A stretch of 64,000 nt of DNA from Candidatus Hadarchaeota archaeon (GCA_964384105.1 CAYLJV010000001.1:480001-544000), one strand, 5' to 3'; shown: positions 1-9,308, numbered from the stretch's first letter. A program made the numbers and translations. The notes: generated from the sequence alone by a model not told the origin.

Positions 1-235
1 CGGGGAGGATACTCGGGAGCTTCTGGAGGATTTTGCCGAAGAGGTGTTTCTGGATGAGAGCGAGAATCTCATAGGTATTTTTGATAGCAGGAAAAAGGCC
101 GCGGAGGCAAACCTGTCTCTCTATACTAAATTCTCGGAGGACCTGAAGGTGGATATGGTGGAGCCGTCCATGGAAGACGTGTTCCTCCATGTGGCCGGTG
201 GTAGATTGGATGAGAGTGGTGAGTTGGTAGAATGA
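1..235 (+). CDS. ABC transporter ATP-binding protein, C-terminal fragment (truncated by window edge)
   Basis: C-terminal PSMEDVFLHVAG motif typical of ABC-2 (DrrA-like) ATPases; stop overlaps the ATG of the permease (ATGA). Confidence 0.75.
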   Translation, partial: GEDTRELLEDFAEEVFLDESENLIGIFDSRKKAAEANLSLYTKFSEDLKVDMVEPSMEDVFLHVAGGRLDESGELVE

Positions 236-1485
236 GGGGAAGTTTCACGGTATTTGCCGCAGTTTTAAAGAACTGGTTCAGGAGTAAGAGCGGAGTTTTC
301 TTTTCCTTCCTCTTTCCTTTGATGCTGTTGTTAATTTTCGGTACGATATTTGGGGGAACTGGAGATCAAAGTTACTCTCTGACTGTTCAGAACAACGACC
401 TGGTGGACGGCCAACCCACTGAGCTCTCTAGTAATTTTGTGGAGACGTTAAATTCCGTTGGAGCACTTAATGTAGATACTATCTCTTCAGGCATAGATCT
501 GGATAAATATGCCGGGGAGGATCCGTCCTTTGAGACCAGAAGGATTCTAGTGATTCCCGAGGGTTTTCAGAAGAGGGCGATGGAGAGGAATATCTATGTT
601 AGAACGGGGGTAATCCTCGACACGTTGGACTACTTTGTAGATAACTATTCTCAATGGGTTGGAGAGAAAAACCTGGAGTCGATGGAGCAGGGGATCTACG
701 CACTTAGGTCCTTCAGGGAAAATATGAGTATCGAGAATGTTGGAGTAGTCCTTTTGACCAGTCAGGGTGACACCTCAGCAGGTATAGTTCAAAGTATAGT
801 TTCCAGCGTAACTAACGCCTTTAATGATCGGATTATCGGTGCAGAGTCGGTCGTAACTATCGACACGGGGGAGATCGTCCAGAGGGAGTTGGACCCGGTC
901 GACTACTATCTACCGGGTTATATTGCGGCTTTCATTATGACAAATGGGATTATCGGAGTGACGACTAATTTTTCTGAGTTCAGGAGGAACGGGGTTATCA
1001 AGAGGTTGGCTGCAACTCCGCTAGGGAAGGGTTCCTGGATAATGGGTAACCTTCTGCACCAGGCCTTGTTGGCGTTTATATTGATGGTCGTGATGATCGG
1101 GGCGGGTTGGGCCATCTTCGGAGTTCAGGCTATCCCCGGAGTGTTCGCGCTTTCACTCATCTTTCTGGGGGCTGTAGTTTTCAGTAGCATCGGAATTGTT
1201 CTCGGTGGTATGATAAAGGACACTGAGGCGGCCAGTGCCGCGGGCAATGCAATCGGTTTTCCAATGATGTTTCTCTCGGGAGCATTCTGGCCGGTGGAGA
1301 TGATGCCTAGTTTCATGCAGTCTGTCGCCAAGGCTATGCCCCTTTACTACTTCCACGAGGGTTTGAGGGAATTAATGATCTACGATAGTCCGAGCGGTGC
1401 TTTGTTCTCTTTCATACTCTATGGTTCACTCGCCGTAGTCTTCGTCCTTCTCGCGATAAAAGTAACTAAGTGGAAGGAATTTTAA
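232..1485 (+). CDS. ABC-2 type exporter permease
   Basis: N-terminal TM (FFSFLFPLMLLLIFG), extracellular loop, EFRRNGVIKRLAATPL and PMMFLSGAFWP ABC-2 motifs. Confidence 0.9.
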   Translation: MRGSFTVFAAVLKNWFRSKSGVFFSFLFPLMLLLIFGTIFGGTGDQSYSLTVQNNDLVDGQPTELSSNFVETLNSVGALNVDTISSGIDLDKYAGEDPSFETRRILVIPEGFQKRAMERNIYVRTGVILDTLDYFVDNYSQWVGEKNLESMEQGIYALRSFRENMSIENVGVVLLTSQGDTSAGIVQSIVSSVTNAFNDRIIGAESVVTIDTGEIVQRELDPVDYYLPGYIAAFIMTNGIIGVTTNFSEFRRNGVIKRLAATPLGKGSWIMGNLLHQALLAFILMVVMIGAGWAIFGVQAIPGVFALSLIFLGAVVFSSIGIVLGGMIKDTEAASAAGNAIGFPMMFLSGAFWPVEMMPSFMQSVAKAMPLYYFHEGLRELMIYDSPSGALFSFILYGSLAVVFVLLAIKVTKWKEF

Positions 1486-1549
1486 TCTTTATCAGGTAAT
1501 GAGAGATTCGGTTAAAAGTTTTTATTAGATCTGTTTAGGACCTCAGATC

Positions 1550-2179
1550 TTATTCTCTTTTGAGCCAAGAGACACCTAGATAAACGAATGGGGTATCAAA
1601 CAGAGCAACTACGATTTTTAGTATCCAGTAGGGTATTATTAGCGCAAAAATGTAGGAAACTGTAAATTTTGGTGATATTCCGTAGAATGCTATGAACATG
1701 AATATTGTGGTGTCTAGAAATTGGCTTGTTATTGTGGATAGGTTGTTTCTTAGCCACAAAAATCTGCCGTGAGTTTTTTCTTTCCAGAAATTAAAAGCCC
1801 AAACGTCATGAAATTGGCTTATAGAGAAGGCGGTTATGCTGGCCACGAAGATTCTCAAACTGATGCCGAAAATTTGAGTGTATTCTTCTTGCACGAGACT
1901 TCTTTCTGCGAATGGAAGAGATACCGAGAGGGATGTCAGCAGTAAAACGAATATTAGGGAAATCAAACCTGTGGTTACCAATTGTTTTGTTTTTTCTTTT
2001 CCGTGTACCTCTTCGATTACATCTGTTATCAAGAAAGTTATTGGAAAAGCGAATATACCTACGGAAAATTCGATAAACCATAATTTTGCGATTTTTGTTC
2101 CTAGCAAATTGGCTGCGATCAAGGCGGCTATAAAAAGACCTTGCAGTAGACTGGTTTTTTTCTCTTTGTTAAATTTCAT
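1550..2179 (-). CDS. Queuosine/archaeosine precursor (preQ0/preQ1) transporter, YhhQ/VUT family
   Basis: FPITFLITDVIEEVHG, SQFHDV, WLRNNLSTITSQFLDT and DTPFVY motifs. Confidence 0.88.
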   Translation of the reverse strand: MKFNKEKKTSLLQGLFIAALIAANLLGTKIAKLWFIEFSVGIFAFPITFLITDVIEEVHGKEKTKQLVTTGLISLIFVLLLTSLSVSLPFAERSLVQEEYTQIFGISLRIFVASITAFSISQFHDVWAFNFWKEKTHGRFLWLRNNLSTITSQFLDTTIFMFIAFYGISPKFTVSYIFALIIPYWILKIVVALFDTPFVYLGVSWLKRE

Positions 2180-2283
2180 ACAACAACAAGAAAATCCATA
2201 GACTTATTAATTTTCCTGAAACAACTCTAAGTCCTGGGTTTAAGAAAAAATATTAGTTCAAAAAGAAATAATAGATAAAGGAG

Positions 2284-2565
2284 GTGAAAAGAATCCTATT
2301 TAGAAAGGATTTCGCATTTATTCAGGCGATAGTAGGTGTTATCCTGATTTTTATCCCTATTGCCACGCTTCTTACTATCTCTAAAGATCAAATGACCTTT
2401 TATCAGGCGAGGGCTTTCTTCACACTGGTTAGTATAGCCTGCGGAGGAGTGGGAGTGTTCCTGATTATGAATGGCTACTACAAGCTTCTCAATAAGTTTA
2501 AAGAATTCGAAGCTTCGGATTTGGAGGAAATCAGAAAAAAAGCACCCTCTTCTGAGTCCGATTAA
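2284..2565 (+). CDS. Small hypothetical membrane protein (2 TM)
   Basis: Two hydrophobic segments; GGAGGTGA SD-like sequence at the start. Confidence 0.5.
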   Translation: MKRILFRKDFAFIQAIVGVILIFIPIATLLTISKDQMTFYQARAFFTLVSIACGGVGVFLIMNGYYKLLNKFKEFEASDLEEIRKKAPSSESD

Positions 2566-2881
2566 TCGGACCTTAGTTTGAGTTCCGGGAGCTTTTAATT
2601 TTCCCCCTTCTTAAGGCTCTAGTCTTATAATTCTTTAAATAAACTCTATTTTCGCAAAGGCTATTTAATTACCCTTTGTGAACTTTTCTAGGCTTTATGG
2701 ATTCCTAAAACTCCGGAAGAAGCTTTTATGTTGTCTTTTTAGTTCTTTAGGTAAACGGTCGTTGGAGATTCTTTAAATATGCCGTTCTTTATCTGGTTAC
2801 CCATGACTGCAAGTGAATGGAGTTAGATTTCAAAAAGTCCAAACACGGATTTCAGTCTCAAAAATCAAGTCAGGAGGTGAA

Positions 2882-3895
2882 ATGAAAATGTTGAATTTAG
2901 GACAAACAGGGATAGCATCAGTAGCGGCAGTGATGGTTTTAGTTGCGGTAGCTGGTGGAGCCGTTGGAACTCCGGTGGCGATGGACTCCTTAGCGGATCA
3001 ACAACCTGATAGTCCGTTGTATGCGCTTGAGAGGCTCGGAGAACGTATAAAAGAGGCAACTTACGCAGGAGGATCTGACTGGAACTTAGATAGGGCGAGA
3101 GAGCGGATAGAAGAGTATCGGCAGGTTTCTGGGAAGGAAGTATCCAACAATCATATTGGTTTGCTTGAAGATGCAGGAAATAATCTAACTACGGCTTCTA
3201 GAAAGGCTGGAGGTGTAGCTGGCTTGGAAAGAGTACAGCAAGCTACTAGAAATCATATAAGAGTTTTAGAAAATTTGAAGGAAGAAGTTTCGGATTCCGC
3301 CAGACCCGCAGTAGAAAGAGCATTGATACACAGCAGATATCAGGAAAGAGTTCTCGAAAACGTTTCAGAGAGGTTAAGAGCGGGTATTCTATCTCCAAGG
3401 TCTCTTAAAGGAGAGTTGGAGAACAGAGACTTCACTCTCGAGGATATTAGAGATCTTCTAGAAAATAAAGGGGTTTCACTGGAAACACTAGAAGAAATCA
3501 TGGAGAATCGAGATATTCCTCTCGAAAACTTGAGTGATTTTCTGAAAGGGAAGAGAGTATCACCTTTGATACTTTGGCAAGTTTTGGATAGAGAGTTCGA
3601 AAATGTGGACAGTGAAGATATTGAAGAGTTAATTCAAAGAATCGAGAATAGACTGGGTAACCTTTGTGACGGAGATGAATTAACTGAGAGAGTAAGAGAG
3701 AGATTGGAGCAGAGATTGGAACAGTCTCAAGGAATAACCGAAAGAATCAGAGATCGACTTACGAATCTTGGTGACCTCGATAAAAAGGTACGCGAGAGAC
3801 TTGAGAATGAACTGAGAGAGATGGAAGGTAGAGAGAGGAGGATCAGAGAAATGCTAGAAAAGAGATTTGAGAACAAGGATGCTAAAGGTTCATAG
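2882..3895 (+). CDS. Membrane-anchored/secreted coiled-coil protein with DUF5667-like domain
   Basis: SD GGAGGTGA at 2873-2880 (start ATG 2882 or 2888); hydrophobic N-terminus; PDSPLYALERLGE motif; E/R-rich helical C-terminus. Confidence 0.7.
   Translation: MKMLNLGQTGIASVAAVMVLVAVAGGAVGTPVAMDSLADQQPDSPLYALERLGERIKEATYAGGSDWNLDRARERIEEYRQVSGKEVSNNHIGLLEDAGNNLTTASRKAGGVAGLERVQQATRNHIRVLENLKEEVSDSARPAVERALIHSRYQERVLENVSERLRAGILSPRSLKGELENRDFTLEDIRDLLENKGVSLETLEEIMENRDIPLENLSDFLKGKRVSPLILWQVLDREFENVDSEDIEELIQRIENRLGNLCDGDELTERVRERLEQRLEQSQGITERIRDRLTNLGDLDKKVRERLENELREMEGRERRIREMLEKRFENKDAKGS
3416..3583 (+). repeat. Four degenerate in-frame 42-bp (14-aa) tandem repeats
   Basis: LENRDFTLEDIRDL / LENKGVSLETLEEI / MENRDIPLENLSDF / LKGKRVSPLILWQV starting at 3416, 3458, 3500, 3542. 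Confidence 0.6.
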
Positions 3896-4272
3896 AAAGC
3901 TTAAAATTCGGGTTAAAGACTGCTGCGATACTTTTTTTCAAATATTTTTTATTTTCTAACTCAGGTAAGTGGTTTAAATTTCGGCAGGTGAGGATCTTGT
4001 TTCTGGCTGAAAGTGCATGGAGGACTTCGCCAATTGTTTCGGCAGAAAATTCATCAATGTAAATGGCTACTCGATGAGGTTACTTATGGGATTTAATCTC
4101 AAGTTCTGCTGAAAGAGGGATCTTTTCCGAAGCCTTTTTTGAAGTGTTTACCAGCAGTCTTATGTGTTAAACATGAATTCATGGTAGAAACGCAAACTCC
4201 AAATTACATAAAAATGAGCGGGAGATAGGCTATGAAACTTTATACTCTATCTTAAACTCATAATGGAATCGT

Positions 4273-4644
4273 ATGAAGTGGAAACAAATAGTTGCGATAA
4301 TAGCAGGTTTCATCATAGGCCTTATGATTCTATACGGTTTTGCGGAGTTAGATTTAGGACAAAGTAGAGTTGTGGTTGATAGGACTGTAAGTATAGGAAA
4401 TAATCATACTTTTAATTACGATTTAGACGCTGGGAGATACGCTATAGAGGTTAGCTCTGACGAATATGTAGTGATAAGGTTTGGTGGAGGAGGAGTAGAT
4501 AAGGCTATGAATACTAGCCAAAGCGTCAAACACTATAATCGAACGGTAATTGTCACTGATCCTAGTGTAATGGAGATCCATAATCCACCTGAGATTCTAG
4601 ATAACGATACAGCTACTGTAAATTTGAAAATTCTTAGAGAGTAA
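4273..4644 (+). CDS. Hypothetical membrane-anchored beta-rich protein
   Basis: N-terminal TM/signal followed by a beta-strand-patterned domain. Confidence 0.65.
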   Translation: MKWKQIVAIIAGFIIGLMILYGFAELDLGQSRVVVDRTVSIGNNHTFNYDLDAGRYAIEVSSDEYVVIRFGGGGVDKAMNTSQSVKHYNRTVIVTDPSVMEIHNPPEILDNDTATVNLKILRE

Positions 4645-4875
4645 TCTACTCAGTTTAAAAGTAGTAGATTTAACGTTTATTTGGTTCGAAAGGTTGTTAT
4701 CCCTCGTTTCTAGTTTTAGTACTTTTTCCGAAGTTGCTATAGATCTATCTTTTCGATGAAATTCCTAAAGAGCACTGTATAATCTGTGGATAGTAGCGAA
4801 GTTGGATTTTCTGTTGATTTAAGAGTTTAAAAAAGGATGTAATGGAATTAATAACTTAAGATTTGATTATTTTAT

Positions 4876-4946
4876 GATGTCGATGAAGAGGGATTGTTTC
4901 CTGACTTTCGTTTTGAATGATGTCATAAAAAGGCCTCTGAGACATC
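4876..4946 (+). ncRNA. Candidate box C/D methylation-guide sRNA
   Basis: Terminal stem GATGTC(4876)/GACATC(4941); box C ATGAAGA 4883, D' CTGA 4901, C' ATGATGT 4917, D CTGA 4937; 11- and 13-nt guides; TATA-like TTAATAA at 4848. Confidence 0.7.
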
Positions 4947-4994
4947 TTTTGTGATTTATTTTTTATTCACGGATTTATTTTCAGAATATAGTTC

Positions 4995-5015
4995 AGTACT
5001 GTTACTAATAGTACT
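4995..5015. promoter_or_regulatory. Imperfect 21-bp palindrome (candidate operator) upstream of a TATA box
   Basis: AGTACTGTTA-C-TAATAGTACT; TTTTATAA at 5024 precedes ORF 5054. Confidence 0.4.
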
Positions 5016-5053
5016 AAATAATATTTTATAAGCGGGGCAAAGGGGAGATAAAT

Positions 5054-5440
5054 TTGATTGATTTGAGCATATATACGTCTAATAGCTCATCTGAATTATG
5101 TCAGAAAGACTACCCTATAGTTTGGATTGAGAAAAAATATTATGGTGACAATGAGGATTTAAAGCAGGATATTAGAGACTTATCTCGTGAGGTTGGATTT
5201 AAAATAACAAAAATAGTCACTCATAAATCTCCTGACAATAGTCGGAATGAGATAGTTAAAGCTTATACTAAAACATATCGAGAAATTCCTTTTTCTATGA
5301 AAAAAGTCGTAAAAAAATGGTTGATGAAAATTTCATGGTCCAAATATATAGTCGATGTTAGTATCAAGATAAGTGAAATTTCGGAAATTAATGAACCAGG
5401 TAAAAATCCAAAAAAACTTGAAGGCAGTGTTTATTCTTAG
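5054..5440 (+). CDS. Hypothetical protein
   Basis: 128-aa ORF with GGGGAG SD-like sequence and TATA upstream; no recognised motif. Confidence 0.5.
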   Translation: MIDLSIYTSNSSSELCQKDYPIVWIEKKYYGDNEDLKQDIRDLSREVGFKITKIVTHKSPDNSRNEIVKAYTKTYREIPFSMKKVVKKWLMKISWSKYIVDVSIKISEISEINEPGKNPKKLEGSVYS

Positions 5441-5462
5441 AGGATGGATAATCTCTGAGAGT

Positions 5463-6038
5463 TTAAAATGGATATTGGTCTGCTTGTAGCGATTCTCTGA
5501 TTTTACCTTCTATGATTTTAGCATACATTTCCATTTCAATAGTTCTTATGTCTCCCATTATGTAAACTAAAATATTTGAATTTCTGAAGAGAATATTTCT
5601 TGAATCTCTTCCTCTTTCTAAGGAGCGGCTTTCTCTGCCTATTTTAATCACTGGCACCTCTTCGATTCTATGGGGGTATAATGTGGTAATCGAGTCAAAA
5701 GCTACCTTAGCTCCTATAACGTCTTCAAATCTAGAGACTAGTACATAGAATTTACTTTCCTCTTTTTCGCTACTATGATAATGAACGATTGACCCGGTCT
5801 CATATCTCCACGTTTTGACTTTCTCAAGATCAGGCCCCATGATTGCGGAGAATTGATAAGTTGGAACGGAAGATTGGGACGTTATTTCAAAGTCCTGTCT
5901 TATTTCTCGTTCGGTTAGAGTAAATTCGATAGGCTCTGTTTCTATAGCTTCTTCGCGTGGAGGGGTTTGAAAGTAATATGCCAGTGATAGCCCGCTGATT
6001 AGTATTGCTATACCAAGCGCTAGAAAGACTTTAACCAT
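5463..6038 (-). CDS. Hypothetical membrane-anchored extracellular protein
   Basis: N-terminal TM then soluble alpha/beta domain; GGGGG SD-like sequence. Confidence 0.65.
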   Translation of the reverse strand: MVKVFLALGIAILISGLSLAYYFQTPPREEAIETEPIEFTLTEREIRQDFEITSQSSVPTYQFSAIMGPDLEKVKTWRYETGSIVHYHSSEKEESKFYVLVSRFEDVIGAKVAFDSITTLYPHRIEEVPVIKIGRESRSLERGRDSRNILFRNSNILVYIMGDIRTIEMEMYAKIIEGKIRESLQADQYPF

Positions 6039-6116
6039 GTTTCTAACCCCCTTGTCAAAATTCTAATTCTGGATGATTTTTTATGAGTTCTCCCAACTCT
6101 ATTTGTTTTTTCTTTG

Positions 6117-6602
6117 TTATCTTTCATAAAGCGAGTTTAACCCCCTCATGAATTTTTTTCTGAAACGGAAGAAGAGAGCAATCAAGAGACTAGCTGAGAA
6201 GACTATGGAGGTTACTCCAGTCCAGTAGCTATGCATGTAGCTTATCTCATAGAAATAGGTTACAAAGATATAACTTTCGTTTGGGTTCGATATTTCAAAT
6301 CTATAATCCGCTTCTCTGGATATCGGAATGGTTATATCTACGCTGGATCCCTGAACCCGATAGCTCATTTTTCTGCCTTCTATCTGGATTCGTGCTTCTC
6401 TGTTTTCTAGAGTTGACAGATTTATTTTAACTTGATCTCCTCTCTGGAGGTGTGATTCGAGAATGATTTCGGAGTCGGGATAAAGAACTTCGGTGTCTTC
6501 ATAGCTTTGATTGCTTTGATTAAATGTAGTGTAAATGCCGATAGATAAGAAAGTTGCTATGATTATAATAGTAACAGTAATGATTTTGTTTTCTTCTCCC
6601 AA
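6117..6602 (-). CDS. Hypothetical membrane protein (TM - beta-sandwich - TM)
   Basis: N- and C-terminal TM helices flank a beta-rich domain (YRFEISNP). Confidence 0.6.
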   Translation of the reverse strand: MGEENKIITVTIIIIATFLSIGIYTTFNQSNQSYEDTEVLYPDSEIILESHLQRGDQVKINLSTLENREARIQIEGRKMSYRVQGSSVDITIPISREADYRFEISNPNESYIFVTYFYEISYMHSYWTGVTSIVFSASLLIALFFRFRKKFMRGLNSLYER

Positions 6603-6608
6603 CGAAAC

Positions 6609-7304
6609 TCATCCTCCAGTGATCAGGAATATTCGCCCTATTAGAATTCCGAGATATACGGCAGCGAGAGAGGTCCCGACGATCAGAGTGGTCCGCTTAA
6701 GGACTTTCCAGTTATTCTCCATTTCATTATCTGGTTTTTGGTGATATCCTTCTTCGAATACTAGAATTAGGATAAGATAAGCTACTGTAATTGGGGCGAA
6801 CGGTGTAACAAGAGTTGAAATTACGAAGACTGGAGTTATCCATATAAGAAGCTTTAGATGGTTCTTCATCCATATAATAGGTAGAAATCCTATCATGGAG
6901 AATACTTCTACTTCGGGGGCTTTCCAGTCCCAAATATAGTTTCTTTCTACCCCATAGTGCAGAAGTTGTTCTCCTACCAGATCTTCTACGGATAAATAGG
7001 CTCCTTTTACAATAAAGAATACGGATATTAAGAAAAGATAGTTACGTACATTGCTCTGCTTAAGTTGGTCGCTATAGTACATTCCCAGAATCCCTATTGA
7101 GAGTGCAATATATCCGATGAGTCCATGGTGGATTCCTAGATGGATATCTAAGAACAATGTGTCGAGTAGAATAAATTGACTGGGATTGAGATTTGCTGCT
7201 GCCAAAAAATAGGGAATGTTGAGAAAGGTGATAAAAAGCCACAAACTAGCGAAAAATTTAGGAAAGAATTGTTTCCTGATTTTTTCATCTTTTAAGTTTT
7301 CCAT
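6609..7304 (-). CDS. Hypothetical multi-pass membrane protein
   Basis: About 6 hydrophobic segments, HLGIHHGLIG motif, GAGGAGG SD. Confidence 0.65.
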   Translation of the reverse strand: MENLKDEKIRKQFFPKFFASLWLFITFLNIPYFLAAANLNPSQFILLDTLFLDIHLGIHHGLIGYIALSIGILGMYYSDQLKQSNVRNYLFLISVFFIVKGAYLSVEDLVGEQLLHYGVERNYIWDWKAPEVEVFSMIGFLPIIWMKNHLKLLIWITPVFVISTLVTPFAPITVAYLILILVFEEGYHQKPDNEMENNWKVLKRTTLIVGTSLAAVYLGILIGRIFLITGG

Positions 7305-7446
7305 AGACCCCTCCTCGGTTTTGATTTATATCCCTCCCTTTCTTATATTGAATTCTTCCTCTTAGAATCTTTTTTTTTAGTATTTTCACCGACTAATTGT
7401 TTTATTAGTAATTATTTAATCTAGAGAGAAAATGGAGGTGTGTTAA

Positions 7447-7773
7447 TTGACTATTTTCAGAGATGAACTCGATAAAATCGAAGAGCCGATACCTCTCTTA
7501 AGAAAAATGAGTAGGGATACATTCTATTCTTATGAAGAGATGGTCGAGAAAATATTGGGTAAGAGTTTCTCATTTAAAGAAGAAAATTTGTTGAATGATT
7601 TCAGGGAAAAATTTGGAGAGAAAGAGACTGAAACAGAAGATTTGATGGCATGGGCTCTCGGATTTACTAGAAATATCGCACGTGTTGAGGCGGTGCTTGC
7701 AATTCATATAATAACCGGTGATATCGTACTTGGTTTTAAGGGAAATGAAATTTATTACGGTAAATCGGAGTGA
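7447..7773 (+). CDS. Hypothetical protein
   Basis: GGAGGTG SD before TTG start; 108 aa. Confidence 0.6.
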   Translation: MTIFRDELDKIEEPIPLLRKMSRDTFYSYEEMVEKILGKSFSFKEENLLNDFREKFGEKETETEDLMAWALGFTRNIARVEAVLAIHIITGDIVLGFKGNEIYYGKSE

Positions 7774-8004
7774 CTGAAGTATCTTTACTACGGTTAGGGC
7801 TACTCCTAAAATTTAGGCAATCATAGTAAACTTAATTTAGAGTCTTGTTGATTTATTGGAATTAATTTTCTAGATCCAATGGAGAGTAAAGATAAATTGC
7901 AAACGGTGGAGCATTTTGGGAATTAGTTGCTTAAGAAGATATAATTTTTCCAGAGGTATTAAGAAACATTATTAATTCTAGAATCCACTAGTAAAAAATG
8001 GATT

Positions 8005-8823
8005 ATGGATTTTAAGTTGGATGTGTCGACTCTTCTATATGCAATAGGTATCATACTTGGGATAGTATCCGTTGTTTACTTTGGTAGGAGCATAATCGCA
8101 GATTTGTCTCCTACTATAAAATCTGTCTTGCTTTTGTTAGGTTTTCCCGTACTTTTTGTCTCAGGGGATCTGATTCAAAAAAGAATTATAGATAAGTTCT
8201 TTTATCTGCTTTCTGCGGTATCTTACGTAGTTTTCCTTTGGTATGCGTTTGGTACTTTTGAGCTGGGTGGTAATTTTGTCTTTCTTATCTTGGTCTTATC
8301 TTCCGTTCTTTTTCTGAGTTTGGGATATTTGAAGAGTCGAGAAGTCAACTTAAAGAGCAGTTGGAAGAAAATAACTCTTATTGTCCTGATAGCTCTAATG
8401 ATCGGCTTGACTTCGTTTGATGTTATGGGAGCTCAACCTAAATACGACTTGCAATTAGAGGATAGTATAAATTTTGAGGGAGTCTGGGAGAGGGATGAAC
8501 AGAGAATCAGAATAGGAACTTTAGAAGTAAGGAATGATTTTGTATTTTCCAGATTCACGCATTTTCCTGAGTTAAGGGCATGTTTATATACTCCAGGAAA
8601 ACATGAAATTTATCCTTATTATTCTCGGTGGGAAGTCAATATAGTTGGAGGGGGAGAAACGGAAAACATTGAGGTTTCAATATATCCACCTCGGGGAGAG
8701 GAACTTGGAAAACCTCCTGCCTATATGGAAAATATTAAAATAGTGCCGATTGAGGGGGCAGATTCTTGCCCGGAGGAGGTAGAGGAGCCAAAGTTGATAG
8801 TGACTACGGGTGGGAGATTCTGA
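8005..8823 (+). CDS. Conserved-looking archaeal membrane protein (about 5 TM plus extracellular domain)
   Basis: Hydrophobic N-terminal half (DLSPTIKS motif); C-terminal domain with two Cys. Confidence 0.7.
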   Translation: MDFKLDVSTLLYAIGIILGIVSVVYFGRSIIADLSPTIKSVLLLLGFPVLFVSGDLIQKRIIDKFFYLLSAVSYVVFLWYAFGTFELGGNFVFLILVLSSVLFLSLGYLKSREVNLKSSWKKITLIVLIALMIGLTSFDVMGAQPKYDLQLEDSINFEGVWERDEQRIRIGTLEVRNDFVFSRFTHFPELRACLYTPGKHEIYPYYSRWEVNIVGGGETENIEVSIYPPRGEELGKPPAYMENIKIVPIEGADSCPEEVEEPKLIVTTGGRF

Positions 8824-9053
8824 TTTGTAAAAATAGCTCCCAAGATTGGGAGCGGTAGGTCTTCGACCTTTCCCTTAGATGGATTGAATTCATATTGTGG
8901 ATAAATTAGTGTCAGGTGAAGAAGGTATTGCTAGGAATCTTCTAAAAACTTTTTAACGTTTAAATGCCTCTGGACTACACCAAGGATTCATAAACCTAAT
9001 TGAAAACTGATTACCCTATATTAACTAAATTTTTTAAATGTTCGAGGAAGTAT

Positions 9054-9130
9054 TGGTGGACCCGTCGGGATTTGAACCCGAGACCTCCGCCTTGCGAAGG
9101 CGGCGCTCATACCAGCTGAGCTACGGGCCC
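9054..9130 (-). tRNA. tRNA-Ala(CGC), CCA encoded, no intron
   Basis: Reverse complement GGGCCCGTAGCTCAGCTGGTATGAGCGCCGCCTTCGCAAGGCGGAGGTCTCGGGTTCAAATCCCGACGGGTCCACCA; anticodon loop TTCGCAA; G3:U70 pair. Confidence 0.97.
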
Positions 9131-9308
9131 TCCTTACATTTTTGGTAATTTCGCTTGAAAGTCTTTCATAAATAAGCCTATTTAAGATTGTTTTTGTTAA
9201 ATCTACGTTTGATTGGATGAAGAGAATCGGAGTCTGAAGACAAATTTCTTAATTGTAGTTACTAAATTTAACAATAGAATTCTGAATTGAAAGATGGAGG
9301 TGATATAT

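Noticed and set aside
3988-4047. GTGAGGA-12 nt-CTGA, C/D-like
   Set aside because: Degenerate C' and D boxes and no convincing terminal stem
1486-9130. tRNA-integrated provirus or integrative element
   Set aside because: No integrase, att duplication or viral hallmark gene visible in the window
9217-9285. Second possible C/D sRNA (ATGAAGA-10 nt-CTGA)
   Set aside because: No recognisable C' box or terminal stem; only half of the architecture is present
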